Positions 22,095 through 32,400 are shown, counted from the stretch's first letter. The stretch: 64,000 nucleotides of DNA from an uncultured Nitrososphaerales archaeon (GCA_963713605.1 CAVQMO010000004.1:32001-96000); one strand, 5' to 3'. Notes: a model not told the origin generated them from the letters alone. Numbers and translations are program-made.

Positions 22095-22427
22095 TCTAGT
22101 CCATGGGTAACGATTTCTTATGCGTAGACTGTGTTAATATCACTGGCGATTAATAACGACTTTGGAAGTATAGAAAAACCTAATTCTTCGAGTATACTTA
22201 TTAGCAAGCAGTGATATTCTAACCACTTTCACGCTCGGGTCATTGTTACTTAGACTAGTAACAGTAATAGATAGGTGTCATCGATAGAACTTGACGAGTT
22301 TTACTACAGGAATATGCTCTTCACAGTACTCGTAGCCAAGGTTATATTTGTAATTACATATAGGACATATCTTTATGTTCTTATCTTTATCCATAAGGGT
22401 CAGTTACGTCTTTATTCATAAAAGGTA

Positions 22428-22445
22428 TTCCGGAACATGGTTATC
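22428..22445 (+). promoter_or_regulatory. Conserved 18-bp motif TTCCGGAACnTGGTTATC, copy 1
   Basis: 17/18 identical to 23230-23247 (minus) and 58436-58453 (plus); all three are intergenic. Confidence 0.7.
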
Positions 22446-22611
22446 TCAGATAAAGATAGGACGACCATGAATTGTAGCCGCGGCCGTAAATGTAAATAGT
22501 TTGTTCTGGCTCTAGTAATCCTTTACTTGATCCATATTTTTAGCTGGACTTTAATCTAACACGAAGCAACGTCAGAATCCTGATATCTAAGGAGATACAA
22601 TCGCTAATTTA

Positions 22612-23067
22612 TGAGCCTAGATAATTAGCAGGTATGTTGTCCCAGAAAAGTGGAGTTCAGCAGTCGATGGGCAGCACACAATAATGAGTGTTATAATTAG
22701 TTTCGTTGTTCAAAAGATGATGGGGCAAGGCATAAGCAATATGCTGTCAGGTGGAGGTGGCGAAGGCAACTTGGGGAGTATGCAATCAATGCTATTAGGT
22801 CTAGGAAGCTTGAATGGGGATCACGAATTAGTCAAACAGGTGCAGCAAAAGGCAGAAGTGCAAGATCCAGAACAAGCCAAGCAGTATACCCAACAAGGGG
22901 TAGACTTACTAAATGAACAATCCAGAAGTAATCCACAAGGAATACAATCTCTACTAGCTGGTTTTATGGGTGGTGGAAGTGGTTGTCAACAAGGTAAAGG
23001 CGGAGGTGGAGGCTTAGGTGGCATGATTGGAGACGTACTCGGGGATAGGATCTTTAGTTTTGAATAA
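22612..23067 (+). pseudogene. Gly-rich hypothetical protein with frameshifted N-terminus
   Basis: ORF 22684-23067; upstream MSLDN/AGMLSQKSGVQQ lies in other frames. Confidence 0.5.
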
Positions 23068-23229
23068 TGATAATACAAACTGATAGCAAAATCCGGGGTA
23101 GACGGCCATATATCTACGCACTATTCCAATGCTCGTCTACCTAATTCTTCTCATCTGGAACGAGTTTGGTCCGTCTGGCTTTTTAGTAAATGACCAAACG
23201 GATGAAAGTCCTATCTGATACTTCCATTA

Positions 23230-23247
23230 GATAACCAAGTTCCGGAA
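23230..23247 (-). promoter_or_regulatory. Conserved 18-bp motif, copy 2
   Basis: Reverse complement reads TTCCGGAACTTGGTTATC; AGATAGGAC follows shortly downstream, as in copy 1. Confidence 0.7.
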
Positions 23248-23284
23248 CATCTTTTTATCTTAATGTTTTCTTAGACTATAAGTT

Positions 23285-23480
23285 CCTATGCGAAGGGCGG
23301 CCAGAATCTGAGTTGTTCAATGACCTGGCCGCCCTACCTTTCTAGTCACCATATTATAAAATGTAGTACATTAGACTACAGGCAGCTGGAGTCTTTAAAT
23401 CATTTAAAGAACTAAACTGTCTGTCATGCGGAAGGTGGCGATCAAATTGGGCTTCACAACAACAATTGGCCGTCTACCTG
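23285..23480 (+). ncRNA. Putative structured RNA cassette (hairpins), homologous to 62395-62573
   Basis: Perfect 11-bp stem AGGGCGGCCAG/CTGGCCGCCCT (23294-23335), an AT-rich spacer, then a GGCAG...CTTTAAATCA...TAAAG...ACTGTC hairpin and a GGCGATCAA/TTGGCCGTC hairpin. Confidence 0.5.
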
Positions 23481-23551
23481 ATCTAATAACTATCAAAATT
23501 ATTTTTCTCTAGGTCCAAGAGATTCTTCTTCCAAAATTTGGGATTTGAGTC

Positions 23552-23719
23552 TTACTTCTGTTTCAAACGTTCTCTTATAGAAAACGCCTCAGCGAAGAAG
23601 TTAGTTGAGAGTGGAGGAGATGCTACATTCATATCTTCGTGAGCTACACCGATCTTCTGCACACCGTGCTTTACTCTTGTTGCCTTATTAACACCTGCTC
23701 CAAATACGTATACTTTCAT
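23552..23719 (-). pseudogene. SIR2-like protein N-terminal remnant
   Basis: MKVYVFGAGVNK...PPLSTNFF, ending at 55 aa. Confidence 0.45.
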
Positions 23720-23829
23720 ATTATTGAGGAGAATAAGTTTCGCGTGTAAAATTACCTATAGTATCTTCACAGATGCCCTAATTCAAATGATGTTAAAAGT
23801 AATACTCTAATACATGGATACAAAGGCCG

Positions 23830-24456
23830 TCATCTCTTTTTTGAGTTTTTTAATACTACGAATAATGCAGCAGGTAACGGATCTAAGGTGCCTTGATACA
23901 CCGTGTCCTTAATTTTTATGACTTTAAACGACTCTTTCTCGAATATTTCGCTTATCTTCTTCTTAGAAAACCTGTATGGTCCCCCTTCTCTTTTTTCATT
24001 AATACTAAAACATTTTAGGAACAGTATGTCATCCTCTTTGAGGATCCTTTTTATTTGCTTGACATATGTTAGCCTGTCTGAAGGATGTAGAACATGAAAA
24101 CATCCACGATCAAATATGTAATCGTATTCATCCTCCTTGAAATTAGAATGCAGAATATTATCGACCACAAAGCTGACATTCGGTTCGCTACCGTAAACCT
24201 CTTTTGCTCTATGAATTGCAGCTTGAGAAATATCTGAACCTGTCACCAAGTGTCCTTTCCTAGCAATCTGTACAGCTTGAGTAGCCGGACCTGTGCCAAG
24301 ATCAAGAAATCTCCCTTTGTGGAGAGCTTTTTGTTTCGATATCTCCTCTTCCAAATCAGAATCTAGTTTCTCATTGTACCATGGCATAGTTTCCACTTGC
24401 TGATTCTTATACATACTATCCCACTCCGGAAAACCTCTGGAATTGCTATCTATCAC
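23830..24456 (-). CDS. Class I SAM-dependent methyltransferase (TPMT-like)
   Basis: FLDLGTGPA, GSDIS, YIFDRGCFH. Confidence 0.9.
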   Translation of the reverse strand: MIDSNSRGFPEWDSMYKNQQVETMPWYNEKLDSDLEEEISKQKALHKGRFLDLGTGPATQAVQIARKGHLVTGSDISQAAIHRAKEVYGSEPNVSFVVDNILHSNFKEDEYDYIFDRGCFHVLHPSDRLTYVKQIKRILKEDDILFLKCFSINEKREGGPYRFSKKKISEIFEKESFKVIKIKDTVYQGTLDPLPAALFVVLKNSKKR

Positions 24457-24904
24457 TCGATGTGATTCTATTCATTAGTCTAATTTGTACCTATAGTAGT
24501 TAGAATTTCTGATTCCAGCCTACTGCCATTCAAAAGGTTTGTTTCATAAGAGAAAACTCGTATGCAAATTGGTATGATTATTGTCTTGATAGTAGTAAAA
24601 TAAGCCTATCATGCCAAGTCATAATATTTGTTCGTGTGGTCCGTGAGAACTGAGTTTTTTCTGCTACTCTCGTCATTGTCTCTCAATCTCAATCTAAGGT
24701 TTGAGAAATAAAGAAACTCCTATAACAAACTGTGGCTATAGTAGTCATGCTGCCATACCCGTATAGCAGCCAATCATCCTCGCAAGTTGACTAGTAGCCC
24801 AGTACTCCTACTGTCATAAACCCACTTGCATTGTAGGCATGCATAGTGACGGTAGATGGGACCTTTCAGCTTACGAGGAAGGTAGGAAAACAAAACAGAC
24901 AAAA

Positions 24905-25002
24905 AACGGAGACACGTCCAGGGACAAGTTCTTCCGGGGGAAATTAATCCCATCGGTTGATTGTACAGAATAAGGTGCGTGGGATCCCTGGCACGCGCAC
25001 AA
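24905..25002 (+). ncRNA. Putative pseudoknotted small RNA, array unit 1
   Basis: CCAGGGA (24918-24) is complementary to loop TCCCTGG (24985-91) of hairpin GTGCGTG/CACGCGC. Confidence 0.5.
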
Positions 25003-25108
25003 TTTCGTTATCAACACTATTTCTTAAGGTGTGAGTACGGTAAAAAAAGGAATCTAGAAGTGAATAATTCGACCTCTCCTATTCTTTCATTCTCTATATT
25101 TGAAAATC

Positions 25109-25125
25109 GTAGCTACGGATATAAA
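25109..25125 (+). promoter_or_regulatory. Putative promoter GTAGCTACG-GATATAAA for unit 2
   Basis: Palindrome plus TATA-like box, repeated at 25366-25382 at the same distance (44-45 bp) from CCAGG. Confidence 0.5.
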
Positions 25126-25149
25126 CCATGGAGACATATGTACTACTAC

Positions 25150-25256
25150 AAGTAAGCATCTTCCAGGAGAATCGTAGAATCGTGCCATCTACCATAAGGT
25201 GCCGAAATGGTTTCATCTTACACTGTGTGTGGGACTTCTGGCACACACACCTTTTT
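25150..25256 (+). ncRNA. Putative pseudoknotted small RNA, array unit 2
   Basis: CCAGGAG (25163-69) pairs with loop CTTCTGG (25235-41, one G-U); stem GTGTGTG/CACACAC; a T-run follows. Confidence 0.55.
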
Positions 25257-25365
25257 GTGATTATCTAACAGATAATGGGAACGATATTCTAAAGATGAAT
25301 AATTTAAAGTTGAATGAACCGACTCAGCAATGGATTGACATTCTCGTTCTCAATAATAGTAAAAA

Positions 25366-25382
25366 GTAGCTACGAATATAAA
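25366..25382 (+). promoter_or_regulatory. Putative promoter GTAGCTACG-AATATAAA for unit 3
   Basis: Homologue of 25109-25125. Confidence 0.5.
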
Positions 25383-25405
25383 TCCTGCAGCAAAACATAG
25401 GAATG

Positions 25406-25506
25406 CAAAGGGCATCTGCCAGGAGAATATTGCATCAGCAACCGGTTATCTGATGTCTTTTTGGCTGTACATTTTGCATGTGTGTGGGACTCCTGGCGCA
25501 CACATG
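25406..25506 (+). ncRNA. Putative pseudoknotted small RNA, array unit 3
   Basis: CCAGGAG (25419-25) pairs with loop CTCCTGG (25490-96); 10-bp stem CATGTGTGTG/CGCACACATG. Confidence 0.55.
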
Positions 25507-26147
25507 AATATATAATTTTCAATGGGACAAGAAAAACGTTAAGAATTGTTTAGCATACAAAACACTTACAGATAAGCATTCTCAATAATAGGAAAACGAA
25601 ATTTTATTTTCTCATGATGAGGCAAGTCTATCTCTTTCTTACCGAACTCATACTCATCAAGCTATCAGCATGCGAGACAACGAGAGGGCTAGGTTTGGAC
25701 TTCTATCCTTTTATGATTGAAATATGGCCTAGATTCAAGCCTTTGCTTACTAGGTTATTACTAGTGATAATAGTAATCAAAGCTTGAACCTTGTAATCAC
25801 TAATACTGCGATACAATTTATTTGTGTTCACATGACTATTATGTCGTCGAGTGTATTGGTGATGACTGTATATGCTATCGGCTTCTTACTTGCATTCTAT
25901 GCCCTTTTTGAAGTCAAAGTCATATATTAGTTGCAATTAATACTTGAGCCAGGGGATAACGTTATCATAGATTGGTGAAAGACTATTCCACTCTCGTCGA
26001 ACCAGTTTATCATATACGAAACGCTAATTGTTACTCCTCTATAATACGGAGCAATATAGCGAAAATGTAATGGTCGCATAATATCATCACACCTTTAAGA
26101 AATGAAAGGTGTAAATCCCCGAAAATACTAAAAATTTTATAGGAATT

Positions 26148-27420
26148 ATGAGTTTCAGAGCAAAAGAAGAAAGCCATTTTAGTCATAAGAAATCAAGACA
26201 AACAGAAAATGTGCTTGTGTTGCAAGGAGGGGGTTCTCTAGGAGCATTTGCGTGTGGTGTATTCAAAGCTTTGGTAAAAAAGAAAATAAGAATAGATATA
26301 GTCGCTGGCACATCCATGGGAGCCATTAATGGAGCTATAATTGTAGGAAGTAAAAGTGACCGTCCTGAGAATGACCTTGAAGAGTTTTGGTTAGAGATTG
26401 CAGAGAGCAATTATAAGATGATTCCCGATATCTATCTGATCGATTACGATATCCATAATCAGAGATATATACCAAAGCAAATATCTTCTGCTTCAGCCAA
26501 TGCTGCAATATTCGGAGTTCCAAAGGTGTTTATTCCAAGATGGTTGAAGCTACAACCTACTAAGCAGGAAGTATTGCCAGATGGCGTAGACTACGGACAA
26601 CGACCACCGCCGTATTTTGCTGACCCACGGGAGTGGACTTATCTATACGACCATTCGCCACTTGTAAAGACACTTGACAAATACATAGATTACAGCAAGA
26701 TTAATCTGGCCGCAACTAAAGAAGAGCTACCAGAAGTCCTTCGACTTATAATAACCTCAGTAGATGTCATGACTTCTAGACCACTTATATTCGATAATAC
26801 CAAAATGGAAATCAAAGCAAAACACATTCTAGCAAGCTCTGGCTATCCCATATATGGATTTCCTTGGATTGAGGTTGAAAAGGGAGTTTATGGATGGGAT
26901 GGTAGTCTGCTTAGCAATACCCCGGTAAGAGAAGTGACTTTCTGCATCCCCACGAAATGACAAAAATATCTTTATTGTAGAAAATTATACTCGAAATATT
27001 CACAGACTTCCTTCTAATATGGCAGAAGTTGAAAGTAGAGCTAAAGACATACTCTTTTCTGATAAGAATATGGACAATATCAAAATGTCTAGACTTATTA
27101 CCAGACAAATTCAACTGATAGAACGACTTTATGAAGTCTTTGATAAGCTAGTGGACCATTCAAGGCTCGATGCTAAAGAGGTAGAAAGGATAAAGGAAGA
27201 GTACAATACACTAATAGAAAACTATGGCGCAGTCATAAGATCAGTCACAAGAATAGTTAGAACCGACCTTGAATCTCCTTCCATATTACAGAATGCAGAT
27301 TTTTCTCTCAAGACAATTAAAGAGCTGAATAGGTACAAGGTGAGAGAAAAACACTCGAAGAAGTGGCATATTGTGATAATATACAGTATCAGTTTTAACA
27401 AAACAAAATGCTTCTCATAG
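26148..27420 (+). pseudogene. Patatin-like phospholipase with DUF3734-like C-terminus, frameshifted
   Basis: GGGSLG, GTSMG nucleophile motif, WDGSLLSNTP; frameshift near 26940 joins ORF 27019-27420. Confidence 0.85.
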
Positions 27421-27500
27421 AAGTTTGGAATCCCCTATATAATTGCTGATGGTGGAGAGACATTTGGTAACTAAAGCAGAATAGTAACTTTATAAAAAGT

Positions 27501-27567
27501 AGGTAGGGCAGCCGTTGAGAGGATATAACACTTACAGCGGCTTATTACCACTACCCACTTATAAGAG
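27501..27567 (+). ncRNA. GC-rich intergenic hairpin of the dispersed family
   Basis: GGTAGGGCAGCCGTTG ... CAGCGGCT...CTACC. Confidence 0.35.
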
Positions 27568-27604
27568 TCTTATTATGGACACCTTGCATTAGTAATATCC
27601 AGGT

Positions 27605-27690
27605 TAAATAATTTTTTATAGGACAGGCAAGCAGACAACCTACCTGCCGTGTTGTTCTACTTGTATGAGGGTAGTCCAGTTATGGACATT
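27605..27690 (-). ncRNA. Motif-plus-hairpin cassette homologous to 58436-58520
   Basis: Minus strand reads AATGTCCATAACTGGAC...TCATACAAGTAGAACA..CGGCAGGTAG GTTGT CTGCTTGCC..TATAAAAAA; 9-bp stem with two G-U pairs. Confidence 0.5.
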
Positions 27691-28058
27691 CATAATAAAT
27701 ACCCGTTTTATTAATTTATTGAAACGATCTTCACTGATCTTCATTACTTCTTTGCAGGACTCGCAAAACATATGCTCGTAGGAAGATTCTATTATATGGC
27801 TATTTAATCTCTATGACAACGGAAGACCAGATGACTCCAGTAGTCAGTGTAACTGAAGGTCATCGTTTTCATAGGTTTTAAAGGATTGAGAATTAATAAA
27901 TATATATTTTGATATTCTTACTTATATTTATAATAAATTTATGAGATATACATTGCTATTATACTCGGTCATGCATTCAAGGTCAAAACAAACAAAATAT
28001 TATCCATAACTATGTTTTTATGTCCTTTAATAGTTTCTATTGAAGGTAAAGGATTCGA

Positions 28059-28601
28059 ATGGATTTCCCTCAAAATCTCGATGGTAATAAAGCAAGTAAT
28101 AAGTATAGTAAACCCCACTCCTTAGACCTGATTGATCTACGAATAATATCTATGCTTTGCAATGACTCAAATACGCCATTTGTTGAAATTGCTAGAAATA
28201 TCGGCATTTCAGATGCAACTGTGCATATGCGAGTAAAAAGGTTGATGGTTGAAGGGATAATACGAAAATTTACTATTGCTCTCAACTATGATGTGATAGG
28301 GTACGATCATCTCGCCTTCTTGGGAATACATACAAAGCCAGGATTTACAGATATAGTTATATCAAAACTTTCATTGTTAGATCCTGTTCTAGAGATACAT
28401 GAGATGTATGGAAGATTTGACCTAATGTTGAAGATACGTGCTAAGAACCTGGAAGACATGAGAAATATTATTGAATATAAAATAAGAAACTTGCCCCACA
28501 TCGTAAAAGTAGAACTCTTAACCGTACTAAAGTCGGTTAAGGAAGAGCAAATCATTCCTCTAGATGCAGAGATTGATGCATTACAAAAAAATATTCTTTG
28601 A
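28059..28601 (+). CDS. Lrp/AsnC family transcriptional regulator
   Basis: LDLIDLRIISML...EIARNIGISDATVHMRVKRL...GII; C-terminal GRFDLMLKI. Confidence 0.93.
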   Translation: MDFPQNLDGNKASNKYSKPHSLDLIDLRIISMLCNDSNTPFVEIARNIGISDATVHMRVKRLMVEGIIRKFTIALNYDVIGYDHLAFLGIHTKPGFTDIVISKLSLLDPVLEIHEMYGRFDLMLKIRAKNLEDMRNIIEYKIRNLPHIVKVELLTVLKSVKEEQIIPLDAEIDALQKNIL

Positions 28602-28629
28602 TATTCTGAATATATCGAATAATAAGATA

Positions 28630-28770
28630 TCCAATCCTGAATGACAGCTTCTGCAAAATAATATGAACTGTCAAAATTGAAGAATATCTCCATAACTTCT
28701 TTACATCTATAACACATCTGTCTCTATGTCTGTCTGTTGGAAAGCGGTGGCGATAAATCCTCTCTTTGAT
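28630..28770 (-). pseudogene. Zinc-ribbon protein remnant, paralogue of 58581-58802
   Basis: IET/CYRCKEVMEIFFNFDSSYYF/CRSCH recovered across two frameshifts. Confidence 0.5.
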
Positions 28771-29239
28771 GTTAGTTCAAATTTCTCTGCTTTCAAGTAG
28801 ATTGTTATCTCTCATGTTTTGAAGCACAATCTGACACGGATATGTTTTCTCAAATCTTCATGATTTAACTTTTTTAATTAGAAGTTAATTAAGGAAGAAA
28901 AACAACTAGAGTTATTCGTGAGATGACTTATCTTCATGTTGCTTGTTATAGACGTGAAAAAAGCATTAACAATAATAAATATTTAAACTGGTTTATAATC
29001 ACAATATTAACTTGAATGCAACGTCAGATCTCACGAAAGACCGAACAAGAAACACTTTTCTTTTATTATTTCAGTCTAATATATAAAGAAAAAGGGCAGG
29101 TTACAAGCCTCAAATAACGTTTAGCAGAACAGCTAATCAAGATCCAATTGGTACGTACATTGTTTCAAAGCATAACATGTTACCCGCTATACTTTCTTTC
29201 CCTTACTAACTTATTAGGTGGAAAATTCATTGTGTAATT

Positions 29240-29629
29240 ATGCCTACTATAGTGCATTTTGAAATTCCTTCAGACGATGTTGAAAGATCAAAAAAATTCT
29301 ACAATGGCTTGTTTGGTTGGAATATCGAAAAAGTGTCACCAGAAAAGTTGCCAGAAGGAGTCGAATATTGGGCGATAACCACTACAGATCACAATGGAAA
29401 TAATGCTGTCGCAGGTGGGATGATGAAGAGAATGATGCCAGAACAACAGGGAATAACAAATTATATTGATGTCAAATCAGTTGAGGAGTATTCTTCCAAG
29501 GTAGAGAAACTAGGGGGCAAAGTTAGAATGCCAAAAATGGCAGTGCCTGGTATGGGCTATTTGGCAGTATGTTCAGATACAGAAAATAATACATTTGGTT
29601 TATGGGAGAATGATACTACAGCCAAATGA
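29240..29629 (+). CDS. VOC/glyoxalase family protein
   Basis: IVHFEIP, FYNGLFGW, VPGMGYLAVCSDTENNTFGLWE. Confidence 0.92.
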   Translation: MPTIVHFEIPSDDVERSKKFYNGLFGWNIEKVSPEKLPEGVEYWAITTTDHNGNNAVAGGMMKRMMPEQQGITNYIDVKSVEEYSSKVEKLGGKVRMPKMAVPGMGYLAVCSDTENNTFGLWENDTTAK

Positions 29630-30127
29630 GTACTCATAAGTTTTCCCGTTCCCCACCACTAGGATAGCTATCCTACTCTTCATATATCAATGGTTTTATT
29701 GGAACCATCATCTTTTGTATCCTTAATCTGGTAAATATATCAGCTGAGTACTCCATTTTCATTTTCATTTTCAATAGCTATCCCTAATTCTTGTGATAAT
29801 GCAGCTTTTCCCTCTCCTGCACTAATTATATTATTTGTGTATTTTGGTAGTCTATAAATTTCAAGTTCCTTGATAATGGTACAAAATCCTTACTATCACT
29901 AAAATCTTTCACAATGGATTCTGGATACTTTGGAGCTTCTGGTTGTTAGCGAGTATTCTTCTCTTTTTTGTATCTTTAGATCATAATTGTAATAACGTAA
30001 CGTAGATTGCATCCTTTTCTATTTCTAACTCTTTTTGTGCTTCTCCTGATTCCTTTGGTAATCTCTATAGCCCTATGATAGTCCATCTACTACCATTCCC
30101 ATACCTTTGAAGAGCCAGAAAAAATTC

Positions 30128-30970
30128 CTAGCTATATGGAAGTCCTGAAGAGAATTCTTGTAGATTTGTTGCTAAGGTGGGCAAATCCATACCAGCTGTT
30201 GTCCATACGATCAATGTTTGTTCATCACCTGTTCCACTTTGGCCTCCTCTAAGATCTTTGAAGTTATGCGTGCTGTCTATGGTGAAACCTCTGCTCTCAA
30301 GATCAGTAGTGTACGTCTGAATATCTTGTGTAGGAACCATTAGTATTCCGACAGTATCGCCTGAACTTTGAGTATTATCTGACAATGATGATGATGGTGA
30401 TGATGATGATTGAATCTGATCTACTACTTGAATATCCCCGTTCATTACAAATCCTTCTTCATAATCTTCAGTGTCCGTATAATGATAGTTACCTGTACCA
30501 TTAAGAGCTAAACTCCTTACTTCAAATTGTGGAAATACACCAGTTTCATGCACAGTTCCACCGGTTGAATTATTGGTAACTACAAGATTATGGTCATGGC
30601 CTACATCGCTATTGAACCAAACAATATTTGTTCCTTTATTTACAATTGCATTTTGAGGGATAAATGGTTGATCTAGGAATCTATCTTCATCTGCTTGAGG
30701 GCCATGATGTCCTTCATTTGGTATTAGAACGACAAGATTCTTAACATTATTCCCAAGTATCATTTGTTGAGTATTAAATATAGAGGATGCATTATTATTT
30801 GGAACTTGGTTTGTATTGGTAATAGTATTAGATTGAATTGTAGCAAATGACTGATCGATTATTTCGAGCGGCATCAGAAAAATTGAAAGCGTAGTTAACA
30901 TAACCATAACTAAGGCTAAATTTATACACGCTATTTTAGATATCATTATATTTTCACTTTTTAGAGGCAT
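30128..30970 (-). CDS. Secreted cupredoxin-like protein
   Basis: Signal/TM segment; FIPQNAIVNKGTNIVWFNSDVGHDHN, GNYHY, MNGDIQV; no type-1 copper Cys seen. Confidence 0.65.
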   Translation of the reverse strand: MPLKSENIMISKIACINLALVMVMLTTLSIFLMPLEIIDQSFATIQSNTITNTNQVPNNNASSIFNTQQMILGNNVKNLVVLIPNEGHHGPQADEDRFLDQPFIPQNAIVNKGTNIVWFNSDVGHDHNLVVTNNSTGGTVHETGVFPQFEVRSLALNGTGNYHYTDTEDYEEGFVMNGDIQVVDQIQSSSSPSSSLSDNTQSSGDTVGILMVPTQDIQTYTTDLESRGFTIDSTHNFKDLRGGQSGTGDEQTLIVWTTAGMDLPTLATNLQEFSSGLPYS

Positions 30971-30992
30971 AATCCTTTATATAAGCTGTGTA

Positions 30993-31262
30993 GTGTCGTC
31001 AATTAGTGTTAGTTCATTCCTTCCATTAGAATGGGACGTGAGGCTTGTGAAAGCTGGGGCCTATACTGTCGCTGTTCTCTTTAATAGCAATGGCGATTTA
31101 GTTACATCTCCTGTCGTGAGTTCCAAAATATCTTTGACCGTGAGTCCAAAACTCAATCTCAATCCAGGAAATGTTTATCTAATTACTTTTGGAGTTCCTG
31201 CAGTATTAGTGGCCGTACTAGGGTCTATTAATCACCTGCGTTCCAAGAAGATCGGTTTTTAG
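30993..31262 (+). pseudogene. C-terminal fragment of a membrane-anchored Ig-like protein
   Basis: WDVRLVKAGAYTVAV plus a C-terminal TM; no room for an N-terminus. Confidence 0.4.
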
Positions 31263-31321
31263 TTTTAGAATGTGGAAATACACTATTTTATTTCGTCCCA
31301 TAGTAGCTATTTGATGCTTAC

Positions 31322-32033
31322 CTAGACGGATTTTTTTCTTATCCTGTAATATTTAAGAACGACCACCCCAACTGCGGCCAGTATTAACATGATGCCTACA
31401 ATATCAAAAATATTAGAATAATCATCATAGAATCTAATCCATGCTTTTCCTGTAAAAAATCCGATCAACGTCAATAATAGACTCCATATACACGAACCAA
31501 CAAAAGTGCAAAAGGTAAACTTAATGATATTCATTCTTGCAATGCCTGCGGGTATGGAGATTAGTTCGCGAATTCCAGGCGCCATTCTTCCTAATAATAC
31601 TGCCAATTCGCCATGATTATCAAACCATGACTTTGTTCTTACTATATCCGATTCAGAGAGTAAATGATACCGTTTACCAATTTTAAGTATAGTAGGCTCA
31701 CCGATCGTTAAAGCAACATAATAGATAATTAGGGCTCCAACGGTTGAACCTAGCGCTCCAACAATGGCCATCCCAACTGTCGCAAGTATCCCAAGATTAT
31801 TTGTATAGGCTGCTAATCCTGCAAGTGGAAAGATTAATTCGCTGGGAATCGGAGGAATAAGGTTTTCTAGGAGAGCTGGCAGCAAATATGGCAGGATAGC
31901 CAAAATTAGCAATCCAATTAGCAATGGTTTCTATTATGTTGCCGAATAGACCGTTTCCGTCAGATTTTGATGCTATAATGAGAAAGGTTACTGGTAGCGA
32001 AGAAATGATAATGGGAATATAAGAAAGTATCAA
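31322..32033 (-). pseudogene. DedA family membrane protein, frameshifted near the N-terminus
   Basis: LENLIPPIPSELIFPLAG, GRMAPGIRELISIPAG; N-terminal WIANFGYPAIF is in another frame. Confidence 0.85.
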
Positions 32034-32400
32034 CTGTTTTGAATCTCCAACATAATTATAAGTAGTTACCTTGGCTTCAACATATACTTGAAGGTTTTAG
32101 ATGGATTATTAACATTTGATGTAGTGGCTGGAGATCAGCTAGAGACGTTGACAGAACTGGATCTGCTGCTGATGATGAAGATGAAAATGAGGGAGGTAGA
32201 AAGAAAGAACTGGGGAGGATGTAGATGAAGCCGGTGACAGACAAAAATGATAAGGAAGACACACCATAATTATCTGTAGTGAAGGAGTAAATTATTCTGA
32301 GGTTACTCTTTGCAAAAATAACAAGTGAATCTGCTACATCTATCTGTCCCGTGTCTGCTTGTTGAACAATTGCTACATTGGGAAGTCTAACCTGAGAATA

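Noticed and set aside
23150..23230. Hammerhead ribozyme
   Set aside because: CTGGAACGAG...GATGAAA only loosely resembles CUGANGA/GAAA; core spacing and stems I and III do not fit.
24905..25600. Array as CRISPR or as repeated small peptides
   Set aside because: The ~250-bp period and degenerate repeats do not fit CRISPR. Frames are not conserved between motifs, and minus-strand micro-ORFs differ by non-synonymous changes.
30993..31262. AmoB-like fragment
   Set aside because: No copper-binding His motifs or amo context; only a generic Ig-like plus TM tail.
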